From Callorhinchus milii (taxonomy: Eukaryota), in assembly GCF_018977255.1 (NCBI RefSeq), contig NW_024704742.1:38876001-38940000 (forward strand): DNA of 64,000 nucleotides, in the 5' to 3' direction. Shown here in pieces: positions 13,291 to 26,229 of the stretch (within the stretch, counting starts at the first letter, position 1; every line of letters begins with the position of its first letter). The notes below the pieces were generated by a model, which did no database searches, was not told the origin of the DNA, and saw only the letters and a program-made list of their open reading frames with translations. A program made the position numbers and the translations under genes.

Positions 13291-14214
13291 ATGCAATGTC
13301 TACAGCATTAATCTTTCCCTCCAATTATTCTTCTATAATGTCCATCTGAAATCAGAATGGTCCACAACTCTATCTTCACTTGCTGTAGGATTCTAGTAAC
13401 TGGAAGATTGTTAACATGGTAGTCACACAAATCAACCTCACATACAACTGGTGTGAACAGGCAGATTAATAATTGCTGCTTTCTATTATGAATGATCATC
13501 AGAGAGAAATACCCTGCATTCTGTGTGTGCTATACCCTCAGTGTACCATTGATATTTTATAAACTTATTCATTTGTGGAGCAGCATTTAAGATTTAGCAG
13601 TGCAGTATTGGGGTAATGCCACATTATCGAAGGTGCCGTGATTTGGATCTTGCAATTAATCATTCATCTATTGGCTAAATGTAGAACACTGCTAGGCAGA
13701 AATTGGCTGCCCCACTTGCCTACAAGTCCATGTTGTGAGATAATGTGAGCTTTGTGCTTGGTTGATGATAACTCATTGACTTTGTTTAAATAAAACTCAG
13801 CTTTTTTCTAGACAGGTAGTGGGCACTAGCTTTGTTCATTCTGTAGCACAGCTGCCTGGGTAAAAATATTTCAGGAAAAATTCTATCTGGGTCTAGAATT
13901 CTCTATTTATGTAGTATTTCTGAACATACAGAGTTTGTCAAATACACCCTGATTTTGAAGATCTACAGAAAATGACTTCAGAGTTAAAACTGAAATCAAC
14001 TATATGCCTAATTCTGTACACTGAAACATACTTTCAAAATGCTGTAAACATATTTTTGTACAGAAAACAAATGGAAGTGAATAGTTCAATTCTGCAATTG
14101 TAGTGTTGCCTGCAATTGTAGTATTGGGACAAGGAGAAACTATTTCCACTGGCGGATGGATCGGTAACCTAAGGTTAAAATAGTTTTTGAAAGAAACAGA
14201 GGAGAGGTGAGAAG

Positions 14215-14452
14215 AATTTTTTTTCACCCAAAAAGTTGTTGGGATCTAGAATGCATTGTCTGAAAGGGTGATGGAAGCCAATTCGATAACAACTTTTAAG
14301 AGAGAAGTTGATAATTATTTGGGGAGGACAAGTTTGTAGGGCTATGGGGAGGGAGAGGGGGAGTGGGATTGATTTGAATATCTCTTTTAAAAGAGCTGGC
14401 ACAGACACAATGGGTTGAATGGCCTCTTTCTGTGCTGTATAGTTCTATGATC
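14215..14452 (+). mobile_element. CR1 LINE 3' end
   Basis: FFTQKVVGI-like coding remnant; tail atgggttgaatggcctctttctgtgctgtatagttctatga. Confidence 0.85.
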
Positions 14453-14469
14453 AGGCTATAATGATGGTA

Positions 14470-14800
14470 ATAGTACCTTTCACATTGGGAGGATGTCTCA
14501 GGATTTCACAGAATTTACTGCAAAAATTGGTGACTGTGCATTTTGTAGGTGAAAGCAGCAGTCAACTTGTGCATCACAATGTCTCACAATCAGTTATGAA
14601 GTGAATGACCAATTTTATCTGGGGGATTGTTGGCCAAGATACCAGGAAAAGTTTCAGTGCTGGGGACTTGTTGCAGTGGATGAGATGTTAATTTGAGGTC
14701 CTATCTGCCTTTTCAGGTGGACTTTAAAGATCCCATGGCTCTATTCAACAAGGCAAGAGGATTTTCCTCTTGTCATGGCCAACAATTCCCCAAATAAAAT
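14470..14800. mobile_element. Two DeuSINE-like fragments, back to back
   Basis: Minus-strand tail/body 14470-14650, then plus-strand gatgagatgttaa...aaagatcccatggc 14678-14800. Confidence 0.6.
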
Positions 14801-15709
14801 TAGTCAGAGAAAGTAGACGTCAGAATGCAGGCACCATCAGCAAGTTGATATTCACAATGATATTTTTACTTGCACGCAAACATAACAGGATGTCTCTTTC
14901 CACCCTACATCAGAGCTATTCCTAGCCAAGAGCAGCACCACAAGCACTCGGTCAAGTCTATTTCATCTCTGTCTACATCCTGTCTTTACACTGGCTGAAC
15001 CTGATTTATGTTTTCTGTTCTTAATTTGGTCCTTCAGGGCAGCATGGACATTGCTAGCAAATCACTTACCAGCTTGAACTAGCCTGAAAGATCAATTGTC
15101 CATTAAACAGCAAAACATATTGCTCTCAAGCATGTAGATTGACCCTGTAATCTGTCTCAGAGATCCCTTAACAAACCTACATACTCACATGATGGAGAAT
15201 TCACACAGTACAAGGCATATTGTACTTCAGGAGAAAAAATAACAGTTGGGAGTCATGGGGAAAAGGCATGGATTTCATCAATAATTTTCTTTCAGTGAGT
15301 AATTGAAAGAACAGCAACTGAAATGGTTGTTTGTCATCCTAAACAAACTGGAATTGTTTTTAGTGCAAGCAAATGGCCATGCATTTAACTGGTGGGTCTT
15401 TCATCTTACACTGTCCCCATTGTGTCTGGCAGGCAAAAGGTAATGGCCTAAAATAGCTGCATTCCTTATTTATTTATCAGATTTGAGTTAGGCCAGTATC
15501 CCCGAATAAGCTCAGGAAAGGCCATTTTCTGGCATGCAATTGATCCCTAAACAGGAATCCAACATGTTGTTTCTTAGGGCTTTCCAGAAGGTTTTGGGCA
15601 ATGCATTTAACCAGAAGTCAGGAAAGTATTTCATAACACATCATAATGACAATCGTTAAACAAGAATGTGTTGATGAATTTATATCCTTTTGACCCCTTT
15701 GTTTTATAA

Positions 15710-15905
15710 TACAACAGCAAATTACATTTGTATAGCGCATTTCACATCGGAAGAGGACAGTCAGGGATTCTGACCAAAGCAGGGGGTTGGGATCAAGAGA
15801 GGTGGAGGGCATAGAGGGTAGGGGTAGGTGAGTGACTGAAGGAGGGTCTTGAGGTGTGCCTTGAAGGAGGCAAGGGACGGAGCAGGTGAAGAGACTGTGG
15901 GATGG
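15710..15905 (-). mobile_element. L2 3' end
   Basis: caacagcaaattacatttgtatagcgc tail; SLASFKAHLKTLL peptide. Confidence 0.85.
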
Positions 15906-16390
15906 AGGGAGAAACTCCCTTCTCTTTTTTGAACAGTGTCATGGGGTCTTGCGCAGGCAGTTGGCACCTCAGTTTAATATCTCATCTGAAGAGCAACACC
16001 TCTGACAATGTGGCACTCCCCCAGCGCTGTATTAAACTGTCAGCCTAGACTGTGAGTCAAAGTCCCAATATGGGCCAAATTGTTGACTTCTATATCCCAC
16101 AAACAGTTAGTAAGTGAATGATCTTTTTATTATCTGGAGCAGTGTTTACCAGGACACTGCGAGAAACTCCCTTCTTTTTNGAATTTTGCCATGGAATCTT
16201 TAATGTTCACTTGAACAGCCAGATCTAGGTTTGATCTAACGTTTCATCTGAAGAATGGAACCTCCGACAATTCAGAGAAATACACTGGAGTGTCATCCTA
16301 GATTACGAGCTCAAAGTCCTGATGTGAGGCTTGATCCCACAACTTTCTTACTCATAGTTGAGTGTGCTACAAACAGAGGAAGGCTGGCAC
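15906..16390 (-). mobile_element. Two tandem DeuSINE-like copies
   Basis: gagaaactcccttct...catgg...tcatctgaaga...acctc occurs twice (15908, 16161); tRNA-like head near 16330-16390; an ambiguous N at 16180. Confidence 0.75.
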
Positions 16391-17759
16391 TTCTCTTAGG
16401 TAAAGATTTTTTAAAATTTGATAGTGGTGTCTAATGTGGGTTTAAATTTGGAAATTTCTGAAATATCAAATTAGAATCACTCGGATTTGCTGGAGGCAGA
16501 CCTGACACTGTTCTCAATAATGCTGTCTGTGTAGCTAGATTGTGCATATGATTATATTCATACTCCAACTATTGGGAGTATTAGCTTTAATGCTAAACAA
16601 AATACTCAAAGTAAAGTTGAATGCTTGACCTGACTATGTGGATGTCCGGATTGAAAGTAACATGGAGTCGGGTGGTGGGAGACTGTTGCTTACTTGCGGA
16701 TATCTAGATAATTTGCCTACAAAATACACAGTCACTACACTTCACAATAAATCCTGTGAAGTACTTTGAGTCTTCCTTCTGACTTCAAAGGCACTATATC
16801 AAATGTAAGCATTATTATTATTATAATGAATATTTGATGTTAAAGGAATTTCTGACTTCAAACAGCAAGTTAGACCCCATAGATTATCAGTAGAATTGCA
16901 TCATTGAAATGAAATCTTGCACAGGAACAATATGAAAGGAATGCAGCTCCTTTAAGTATGAGCTGCACATGTGGCTCGAGCTGGGAGAGATGGGCTGGGT
17001 GTACCAGCCTTCAACCAGTAAGGCTCAGTGATTTGTGCTTTTGACAGCTGCCAGACTGTGTATGAAGTTAAATTCGTACTTTCACTCTGGAAAGCTTTTT
17101 CTCGCTCTCGCCAGAGGAAACGCTTTCTCTTCCACATCATGCTCACATGTTATTATTGTCACTTTAAGAGGGAAGATGATATGGGAAACAGCCAAACGTT
17201 CTTTGTCCACACCTGTCTCTCGAATGCATTACTCTTCTATCCCGGCAGCTGCCAAAAATAGTCGAAAGAATCAAAGACAGCTGAGAAGCAATTCTACATA
17301 TGGTACAAAGTTTATCTCCTGGCATTTATGCACTGCTCATCTCACCATCAAATTTTTTTGTTAAACATGTTTTTATTTGATCAATTTCCTTTCATACCCA
17401 CTGTCCTGTCCAAAGCAAGTTTAGGTACAATGACACAAAAGAGATTCAACGACAGTACCCAGGGCATACAACCTTAACTCTGTTCAGTGGTTGTAATACT
17501 TTGCTGCATTGGAAGGGATTGGGTTAATTATATTATTGGGCACACCAGCTGTTCTGATGCCACAGAGTTAATTTGCCTTTTCTACCTTGCGGTAAAACCA
17601 TTAACATATACCCTGCATTATCCTGTTTAAACATTCATATAAGCTCTATTATACAAGCCAACAAAACACTGTCAAAACCACTTTACAGTATATCCTGTGA
17701 AGCACTTTGAGGCACCTTGATGATGTGATAAGGCGCTGTATCAAATGCAAGGATTATTA

Positions 17760-18060
17760 TTATTATTATTCGTATATGCCCTAATTATACCATTCATATA
17801 TACTCTGCATTATATATTCATAGCTATCCTACATTATATATCCATATACTCTTGTTATACCATTTGCATATGTAACCCACATATACATTGCGACATGCTT
17901 CTTGCATATACTGTACTATTCTGTTCCATCACCGACATATATGCCATGTTATATGATCCACATATGACCTGCTATGTTTGACTCACGCATACTAAAACTT
18001 TTATGAGATTATATGTACCTTGCGTTACACATCTCATACATGAAATGCAGCATGTTATGG
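17760..18060. repeat. Degenerate CATAT/TA-rich low-complexity tract following a SINE tail
   Basis: Recurrent catata/tatac words directly after (att)n. Confidence 0.6.
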
Positions 18061-18224
18061 TGCTCACATATATTCTGAGTTTCAGCTATGAGAAAAGGCT
18101 GATTTGGGTCTCGAGTCTGCCCTGTATTCACATTAAACTCCCATTATTCACACAATTATTATCTCATTGTAGAATAGTCCAAATGGAGGGGAAAGTGAAT
18201 AAATGAGTGCAAGAGAAGAGCGAA

Positions 18225-18760
18225 GGTCAGAAACCCAACTGACCTGCTGCTCTTATGTCAGTGTAGTCATGTAGGTGGAATCTCCATGTTCACAATGAAG
18301 TCCCTATTCAGATCCGTACTGACTATCCTACTGGACCTGACTCAATTTATAAAGCTACTGAGAGCCTTGAATGAAACACATGTACACAGTTGACCTCTGA
18401 TATCTCCTATCCAGAGACAGAAGTGTGCATTTGGGTACTGCTGGAGTTTAGCCAGCGAAACCCTCACATCTTACCATTGAAAGCACTCTTTGGCAGTGCT
18501 TCTCCAGCTCTGACCACCCTACCCGTTAAGGCTCTGGCTTGCAGAGTTAAAAGTAGCTGACTGGGAAGAATGAGCCACGCTAGTTAGTCTGTGGCCTGGA
18601 GTACAGCGTACCCAGCTGAATCAGAAAACAGACAGCCAGATCAACACAGAGTGTTGACTTGATTCTGACAATCTGTTGTCAGGCATGTCACCTTGGAGCT
18701 AGCTCAGCTGGAGAAGGAGGCACAGGGAGAATGTTGTTGGTGACTGCCTAAGCTGGGATC
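18225..18760 (-). repeat. Unclassified ancient dispersed repeat (family X)
   Basis: Reverse complement of 18495-18568 aligns by eye to 21942-22025; 18420-18490 aligns to 46490-46565. Confidence 0.65.
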
Positions 18761-18957
18761 TGGGCATTGTATAATTCTTCAATCTAAGCAAATGGATGTT
18801 TCTGTGACTTTCAGACTTCTTTCAGTTGTTAGTGTGGAAATCTGTAAAGACTGTCTTTTGGCCAAGACTGAAGCGAGCAAAGGATTTGCCTGGGGTTGAT
18901 TGATAGGAGTTCCTTTGAGATTTTTTTCTCAATTTCCAGGTTAAAAGTATTCTAATG

Positions 18958-19650
18958 CAATACAAAATGACATTTGTATAGCGCCTTTTATGTTGGGAGG
19001 ATGTCCCAAGGTGCTGGACAGTCAGAGATTTAGACCTGAGCTGGGGGTCAGGATCGAGGAGGGTGGAGGGCAGGGAGGGTAGTAGGTTGGCCGAAGGCTT
19101 GGTCGAAGAGGAGGGTCTTGAGACATGTTATGAAAGAGGCAAGGGAGAGAATGAGTTGAGGGGAATGTGGGATGGAGTTCCATAGTGTGGGGCAGAAAGA
19201 CTGAAGGCCTGATCACCGATGGTTGAGCCAGGCGGGGGACGTGGAGCAGGCCAGAGACTGCTGAGCGGAGGGAGCGAACAGGTTGATATGGGGTCAGCAG
19301 ATTGCACAGGTAGGGAGGGGCAAGGCTGTGGAGGACCTCGAAGATGAGGATTTTGAACTCTACCCTCTGGGGTATGGGGAGCCAGTGGAGACGGTCAAGG
19401 GGTGGGAGGTTGGGGGCGGTGATGGATCTTGGAGACTGGTGCAGGAGAGGACACAAGCTGCAGAGTTCTGGATGATCTGTAGCTTGAGGAGGGAAGACAT
19501 GGGAAGGCCGACAAGCAGAAAGTTAGCGTAGTCAAGCCTAAGTGTGATGAATGCGTGGATGAGGGTTTCAGCGGGCTGAGGGGTTAGGCAGTGGTGGAGC
19601 CGGAGGGCTGTTGCAGAGGTGGGGGAATGCAGAGAAGATCATGGTATGAA
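18958..19650 (-). mobile_element. L2, 5'-truncated
   Basis: LHWLPIPQRVEFKIL...LAPPYLCNLLTPYQPVRSLRS peptide and intact tail. Confidence 0.92.
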
Positions 19651-19679
19651 TGTGGGGTGGAAATCAATAGAATTAGGCT

Positions 19680-19960
19680 CCATTAGTTCCCTGTCGCCGA
19701 AAGCATTGATTTCAAAATCCTCATTGTCACATACAAATACTTTCACACCCTCACACACTCTCCCTACCTCTCTGACTTGTGCGTACCACACCCCTCTGCC
19801 TCGCCCCTCTTTGCCTAGCAAACACAGGCCTGCTGCATCTCTGCCGACCCCTCTTTGCCATCGTTGGTGGCCGCGCTTCCAGGCCACTGGAACTCCCTGC
19901 TGATATTTCTCTACCTCGCCCGCTCTTTATCTATCTTTAAATCCTACTGAAAGACTTATA
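19680..19960 (+). mobile_element. Older L2 fragment
   Basis: attgatttcaaaatcctc...ctggaactccct (IDFKIL...WNSL). Confidence 0.75.
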
Positions 19961-21114
19961 TTAAGTCCTCTATTTTACCTCTACTAGAGATAATACACAT
20001 AGAGAGGCAATATTTCCTCATCCAAACTCATTGAAATAACTTAATTAGTCATTCAGTTCATTGCTATTTGTAGGAGTCGGTGTTGCAGATTAACTGTGAT
20101 GTTTGCCTAATAACAGTGGTCAATAGTAGTGAAAGTAATTTGCTGTGGTGAAATGCTTTTCGACATAAGTTGCAGTATAAAATGCAAAGATTCTTTTTGC
20201 TATTCATTTACTGGTGGATGCTTTCAGGGGTTCAATGACAATTCTAGCAAGAAGGTGTCTTTCATTCAGGATACATGACCCAAGGAAAGGGGAGAACATT
20301 CCTTTAAAAGATGGAGTTTGAAATAAATGGCCACAAAGTAGGAAAAGCATCCCTCTAAATGTCTACTACACAGGGAAATCCTCCAAATGCAGCAGACAGA
20401 GAGAGGTCATAGTGAGATTTGCAGGGACCATCCCCACAGTCTTTCCATTCATTTCATTCATCCCTATTTGTTTTTGAAGTCTACAATTTAGCTTAAACTG
20501 ATTTGTTCAAAGGTCCGATCCAAATTAAGTTATGGCTCTGACACCATCACCATTGTCTGCTTAGTGGAGTAGTGCAAAGTGTTGTTTCCCTCCTTGCTTT
20601 GAATTGTTTCAGGTTTAAGACATAGAAGGTATTCTTTTCCTTCCTAGATTGAAGGTTAAAGGCTAGAGTCTTGTTTGAGGACTCTTTCAACGCTAACTGT
20701 ATTGCTCAGTTGCACTCAAAGCCACAATTCTCAGTGTAGGACTAGCTCTGTTCATATCCTTGCACTTTGTAAAGCAATACACGCATTTCTCCCTTCTGTG
20801 TAAAAATGTGAGGAAAGATGGATGCCTAATTTAAGAGTGAAAAAAAAACAAGTAACAGTTTCTAACTGTTCAATACTTTGAGTGTACAAAAGGTATTTCT
20901 GTCCTAGAGCTACTGTACTGGATGGACAAGGTTCCAATTGCTTTGGTGAAAAATGGCCAATTAAATAACTTTGATTAGAGTTTAAATGGTGGCTCTCCAT
21001 TAACCTGGCATTTTCCCCTGAGTTAATCATGGACCTTGTCAAAGCTGCTGCAAATCACTTTTTGGCTTACAAGTAACTGGGTTCAGCTTGTTTTAGGTTC
21101 AACTAGAACATTAG

Positions 21115-21260
21115 TTTGGCTCAGTTGGTAACATACTCACCTCTGAATCAGTGGGTTGTGGATTCAAGCTTCGCATTGGGAGTTGAGTTGAGCTCATAGT
21201 TTGACACTCCATTAATGACGAGAACTGAGGTGATGTCCTTCAGATGGATGGTGATCTTAT
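21115..21260 (+). mobile_element. SINE tRNA-like head
   Basis: A box tggctcagttgg, B-box-like ggattcaagc. Confidence 0.7.
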
Positions 21261-21939
21261 GGGATCACCATAACATTATTCAATTTTCTTTTAAATTGAC
21301 ACTGCAATCTAACATTTAATTCTCTTTTAAATTAATTCATAGACTTTTTCAAGAAGGGAAATATATAAGGGTGACAAAAGCAATATTTCAATACACTGAT
21401 AATTATCGAATATGTTGCTGAATCGATTAAGGAATTTCAATTTCCCATCTATTGCTAAAGCCCAGTGTGAAACCTCTTTCCACGACTTCGGCAAAATTGG
21501 TGGATCTAAAGCTTGGAATTTTGCATACAATCTTGGATTCCTGCTTCATGGCTCCAATTTATTTCCCATCCCAGAGACAGCATTTCAATGGCACTGGAAA
21601 AAGGAGACCATCTCTGTGAGTTAGTGATACTCCCTAATAAAGGAGCAATAACATACCTGGGAACTAAAGATTCCATGTTAATCTTGTTAGGTTTTGGTAC
21701 TTAATTGCGGTTGATAAGTAGAATAACAAGAAAGTAAGACATTTCCCTGTGTTCCAGTCATTCATTCATTGCTTCTACTTACGATTGTATCAACCTAGGG
21801 GGTCCGGAATAAGAATAATTTAGTTAGAATGTTTATTGGATAGGGAACAACTGCTCCACATCGGCTCCAGTGTTTGGCTTGATGCCATTTCAAGCATTTG
21901 TGTTCAATGTAAAAGAAATTTGATTACTGGGTGCTGGGA

Positions 21940-22291
21940 ATCCTCCCACTCAGCTCCTGCTAGCCCTGCAAGCCAAAGCCCTAATGGGTAGTGTGGTCCG
22001 AGCTGGACAAGCACCAGGAAAGCTTTCCAGACAGTTCTATCAATAGCAAGTCATGCTGGTTGGACCAGCAATACCCCAATGCATACTCTGGAGTCCCCAA
22101 GTCTTGACTCTTACCAATCTAATACTTTCCGTAATTACATAAGCAGGGTACATCCTTCCAGGAAGAGTGCTCATTCATTCCAGGAATCTATCTCTGGAAT
22201 TTCTATGTGTAGATGGGATGCCCAGAATTCTCAGTTTGGTCTGGATACTCTCAAGCAGGTGATGTGTCAGACACCCGGCTGACCCCCAAAA
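21940..22291 (+). repeat. Unclassified ancient dispersed repeat (family X)
   Basis: Homologous to 46284-46580 (-), 56300-56454 and 59000-59281; ends tgtcagacacccggctgacccccaaaa. Confidence 0.75.
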
Positions 22292-22292
22292 A

Positions 22293-22635
22293 CTGGGGCT
22301 TGAACCCACAAACTTCCGACTCAGAGGCGAGAGTGCTACCATCTGAGCCAAGCTGATGTTCGTTGTTCCTTTGTAAAAATTGGCTGCCACATTTGCCGGC
22401 AGAATTATGCAGCCATTACACTGTACAGTACATTTTGATAATGTGATCAAGCAACAACAACAACAACAACAAAATTACATTTGTATAGCGCCTTTCACAT
22501 CGGGAGGACTTCCCAAGGTGCTGCCAAGCACTATATCAAATGCAAAGATTATCATTATTATTTATTATAAGAGCCGCAGTGGGACTTCCTCCCGACATGA
22601 AAGGCTCTATACAAAGGTAATTTTGTTGTTGTTGT
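22293..22635. mobile_element. Cluster: SINE head (-), SINE tail (+) and two L2 tail-only insertions in opposite orientation
   Basis: tRNA head 22293-22355; (caa)n tail copy 22454-22524 flanked by caagca; plus-strand tail 22578-22635. Confidence 0.8.
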
Positions 22636-24109
22636 AAAATAATCCTCTAGTTGCTGCTTTCCACAAATTTGCAGGTCATGTCTTTCAAAAATAATTAAAT
22701 GGGAAGCTGTAGAAATGATATTAGTTTTCAAATGCTATTCCTCACAATGTAAAATGGTTTTCAGAATTGCATCTAATATTCTGGAATAACTGTCTTACTA
22801 TCTCAATCAGGTCTACATTTCATTAATAATTCAGATTGTTCTGAATTTAATGGATATTAAAATGACTGACTGGATGGTAGTTTTGCTGTTAACTCTGAAA
22901 AGTGCCAGACTCTCCGCTCCTGTTTCATGTCTTCATATAAATGGATCCACACAAATTGTATTGACTCTCCAGAAGTAATATACATTTCCAATGCAGTGCA
23001 TGCAGCCAATGGTGAATGGGCAATATCAGGCCTTGGCAAAAATAACTGACAGTTATTAGATCCTGACGATTTCAGATGAAATGACAGGTAATTTTAGTTT
23101 CAACGGAAGGAAAGGCAGCATTTGTGTAATGAGCATGATTAGTTAAAGGCTAATTCTCCCCTAGGAAATAGTGAATAAGGTTATGCTAATGAATGCCCAA
23201 AATATTATTTCTGTTACTGATTTGTTTAAGCAGATAAATGTCCAGGTTGGAAAGGAGACGTGTAAGAATGGCAATCTTTTGTAAGTGTAATATTATCCAT
23301 CAGAATAAGTTTAATTTTTTAAAAAAAGTGCTAAATCCAAATGAGTCTTTGTTGTCACAGACCCATAGGAGCGCAGCAGCCAAATTCCTATTGGGTCGGT
23401 TAATCCAGGTTTACAAAGCTCATTTATAATGCTCCTATGTGGGGGCGCGGGAGGGGAAGTAAAAGGGAGGGCTCGTAAAATGTTTGTAACAATAAGAAAC
23501 CACTCCAGCAATTGAATAGCCACAGTAAAAATAAACATAAAGAGCTTCAGCAAAGCAGGAACTCAGCAACGGCAGTTTGTGTATCGTGGCATTCATTAGA
23601 TTCGAATCTAGACAGCACAAACCACTAATTTGGCAGTGGGGTCGTGCACTATTCTCTGTTGAATCTACTAAAGGGGCTGCAGTATTTGTTGTAGGCATCC
23701 ACTGCAGTCACTCCAGCTCCGCAATGTATAGAAAGCAGTGTTTTGCTCAAAATAGATTGCAGTAATGCTGACCATTGCGTTGCCCTTGTGCAAAGATGTA
23801 TGTCTTGTCAGCAGTGTTTATGCAAATTTACACTGAGAGGGAGCACCAAATGCCCCCAATTTCCACTCTTCAGTCACATCAGCACCAAGAAATTGGTGGA
23901 TGTTGGAAATATTCGCCACGGTCTCTGTCTCTCCTAGAAATTCCAAGCAAGAAGGAACTTTCAAGAAGCAAATTGCCCAACTTTACTATTTACTTTGTTG
24001 TTGCACATGGTTCAAACCAATTACATTTCTACAAATATAATGTAGTTTAATTTACATGAATCTAGAATATACACAGAGGCTGCACTTTAAATTCTGTGAA
24101 ATGCTTTGA

Positions 24110-24300
24110 GAAGTCTGATGATGTGATAGAGGTATTTAAGATAATGAAAAGATTTGATGAGGTGGATGTTGATATGCTGTTTCCACTTGTTAGTGCATTC
24201 AAAGCTAGAGGGCATAAATGTAAGAATATATGTCGTGGATTTAATAAGGGATTTAGGAAGAACTTAATGCAAAGCATGGTGAGAATGTGTTGTAAACTGG
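24110..24300 (+). mobile_element. CR1 ORF2 C-terminal fragment
   Basis: DVIEVFKIMKRFDEVDVDMLFPLV...ARGHKCK peptide. Confidence 0.85.
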
Positions 24301-24724
24301 TTGAATGGCTTGTTTCTGTCGTCTCACTCTATGTAACTCTGTATGAAATGCACGGATTATTATTTTATTATTAATATAATTGAGTATTAGAGAAAATACT
24401 GGTGCAGTGCGGTTTCCTTCAGAGGTATGTGTAATCAATATAAATACTGTAGCCTTACTGACTATCATATAATTGTAAAAAGTCTCATGGAACCTTTTAC
24501 ATTGTTGATCTTAAAATTCAATTCTGTCCTCATAAACGTCTTTGATTCGTAGTACAATTATGTTGCTCTGTTAGAACTGTCAAGCTTAAAGAACATTTGA
24601 AAACCTTCAGCTCTGTGTAAGAGCTAGTAAGTTACTTTTGTCAGAAGACATATTAACTTTGTGCTGGAGTGGACTTCTCTAGAAGTTATTTTTGTTGCTT
24701 GTATTAAAACTCAGACTGAGCTGA

Positions 24725-24960
24725 GCCTCTTCTCTCTGCTGGTGAAATACTCCTGTGTGAAATGAGTTTGGACAGTTTCGAGCCAGTTTGTGTTGACTGC
24801 AGACTGCCCAATTAGATACGAGAAAGGCTTGCGGAAATGGAAAAATATCACACTGGTTCATGAGAGGGTGAATCAGTAAGGAAGGGTGCGGGGGATTGGG
24901 AGGGGGAAGACACATTATTGGAGCAGAGTAGAAGGAGCTTTACTCTTTATCTGGCAAGTG
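24725..24960 (+). mobile_element. LF-SINE-like fragment
   Basis: cctgtgtgaaatgagtttggacagtttcgagccagtt and gaaggagctttactct, shared with copies at 53.1 and 54.6 kb. Confidence 0.45.
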
Positions 24961-25819
24961 CTCCATCATGATTCTCACAACCCTCTCATACCTGAGGAGC
25001 CCGAAGCTGTGAGTTACTTTACATTATGGCTTGTCATAGGTGGAAAATGGTGGCAAAGAGCACATTACAGCCATGATTTGAATCACAGGATGCAGCTGGT
25101 TTACCCAGTGAAGACAAGCCACAAGTACGTTGCCACAATTTACCATTCCACACATGATGAAAATGGCATGCCACACTTCTCCCTCCCCAATGAAAAACAA
25201 TTTGCCAAGAAATTTTGTTAAGGGCAAAGCCCCCTTAAACATTGTGCTGAAGTTGAGATAAGAGGGTCCGATATATACTTACTAGTGCCAGTTCATATGC
25301 GAAAGTGATTCTAGATATGTATGTTGCCAGCAGTCTTGGTAACAGACAAAATATTACAAGCCTGGTCCCGGAATTGAAACAGAATCATACAAAGGAGGCC
25401 AGATAGCATAGATATTAAAACCATTTCAGTTCATTGAATTGATGATTGCCTTGAGTGCCACTTATGCCCTGTTATAGTGCTGCAGAATTCTTTGCATTAC
25501 AGCAAAAGTCGTCACAGGATCTGACAGCAAAGGACGCTCATCCTGTGCTGGGCAGGCATGCAAGACTTTGTGCTTTGGTAACCAAATCCATGGAATCAAT
25601 GTAATGCTAATGAATTTGTCGGCTGGATGTGCCAGACAAGTGTGGGAGATCTTGAATGATATCACATAACTGCAGGTTAGACCTGTCATCTCCTGGGATT
25701 AGAGCCTGTGACAGTCGAGGTGTGAAACGTTTCATCAGCACTGCTCCAGGCCAAACTCAGGATGGTATCTTTTGACATTATGACAAACATCAGTCATCAG
25801 TGCAAATGGCAACAGAACA

Positions 25820-26225
25820 GCTTGGCTCAGTCTGTAACACTTTCACCTCTGTGCCAGAAGGTTGCGAATTTGAGCAGCAAAGCAGAGCGACTCAAGCTCA
25901 TAACCTAGACTGACCCTCTCGGGCAGGACTGAGAAATTGATAGATTGTGGAATTGCCATCCATCAGATGAGAAGTTACACCATGATCTCAGCTACCGGTT
26001 CTGATGGTTCATGCAGATGTTAAATATCCGATGATATTATTATTGTGAAAAAGAGCAATACATTCCCCTGGCCAATATTCTTTCCATTATCCAAATCTCC
26101 CCTCTAAAATTGACCAGTTAATCACTCATCTGATTCCTATTTGTGAGATGTTGTTGGCAGCGGATTCATTTCAATTTACTTATGTGACAAGAGTCATTAC
26201 ACTTCAAAGCAAAGTAACTCATTTT
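25820..26225 (+). mobile_element. DeuSINE-like SINE, near full length, decayed
   Basis: cttggctcagt head, cagatgagaagtta core, tttgtgagatg...tacacttcaaag tail. Confidence 0.7.
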
Positions 26226-26229
26226 CCTC

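Noticed and set aside
15245..15270. Tachykinin-like GVMGKR on the + strand
   Set aside because: Lacks the required FxGLM motif and exon boundaries; likely chance.
22293..22355. tRNA gene
   Set aside because: A/B boxes are present, but it is the head of the multi-copy SINE and I see no complete cloverleaf.
22857..23039. PTH-like (SIQF...ERRVW) or osteocrin-like (ELTAKL) peptide in a minus-strand ORF
   Set aside because: No upstream KR site, no conserved MH motif, no LDELV/KKKRSF continuation and no convincing acceptor.
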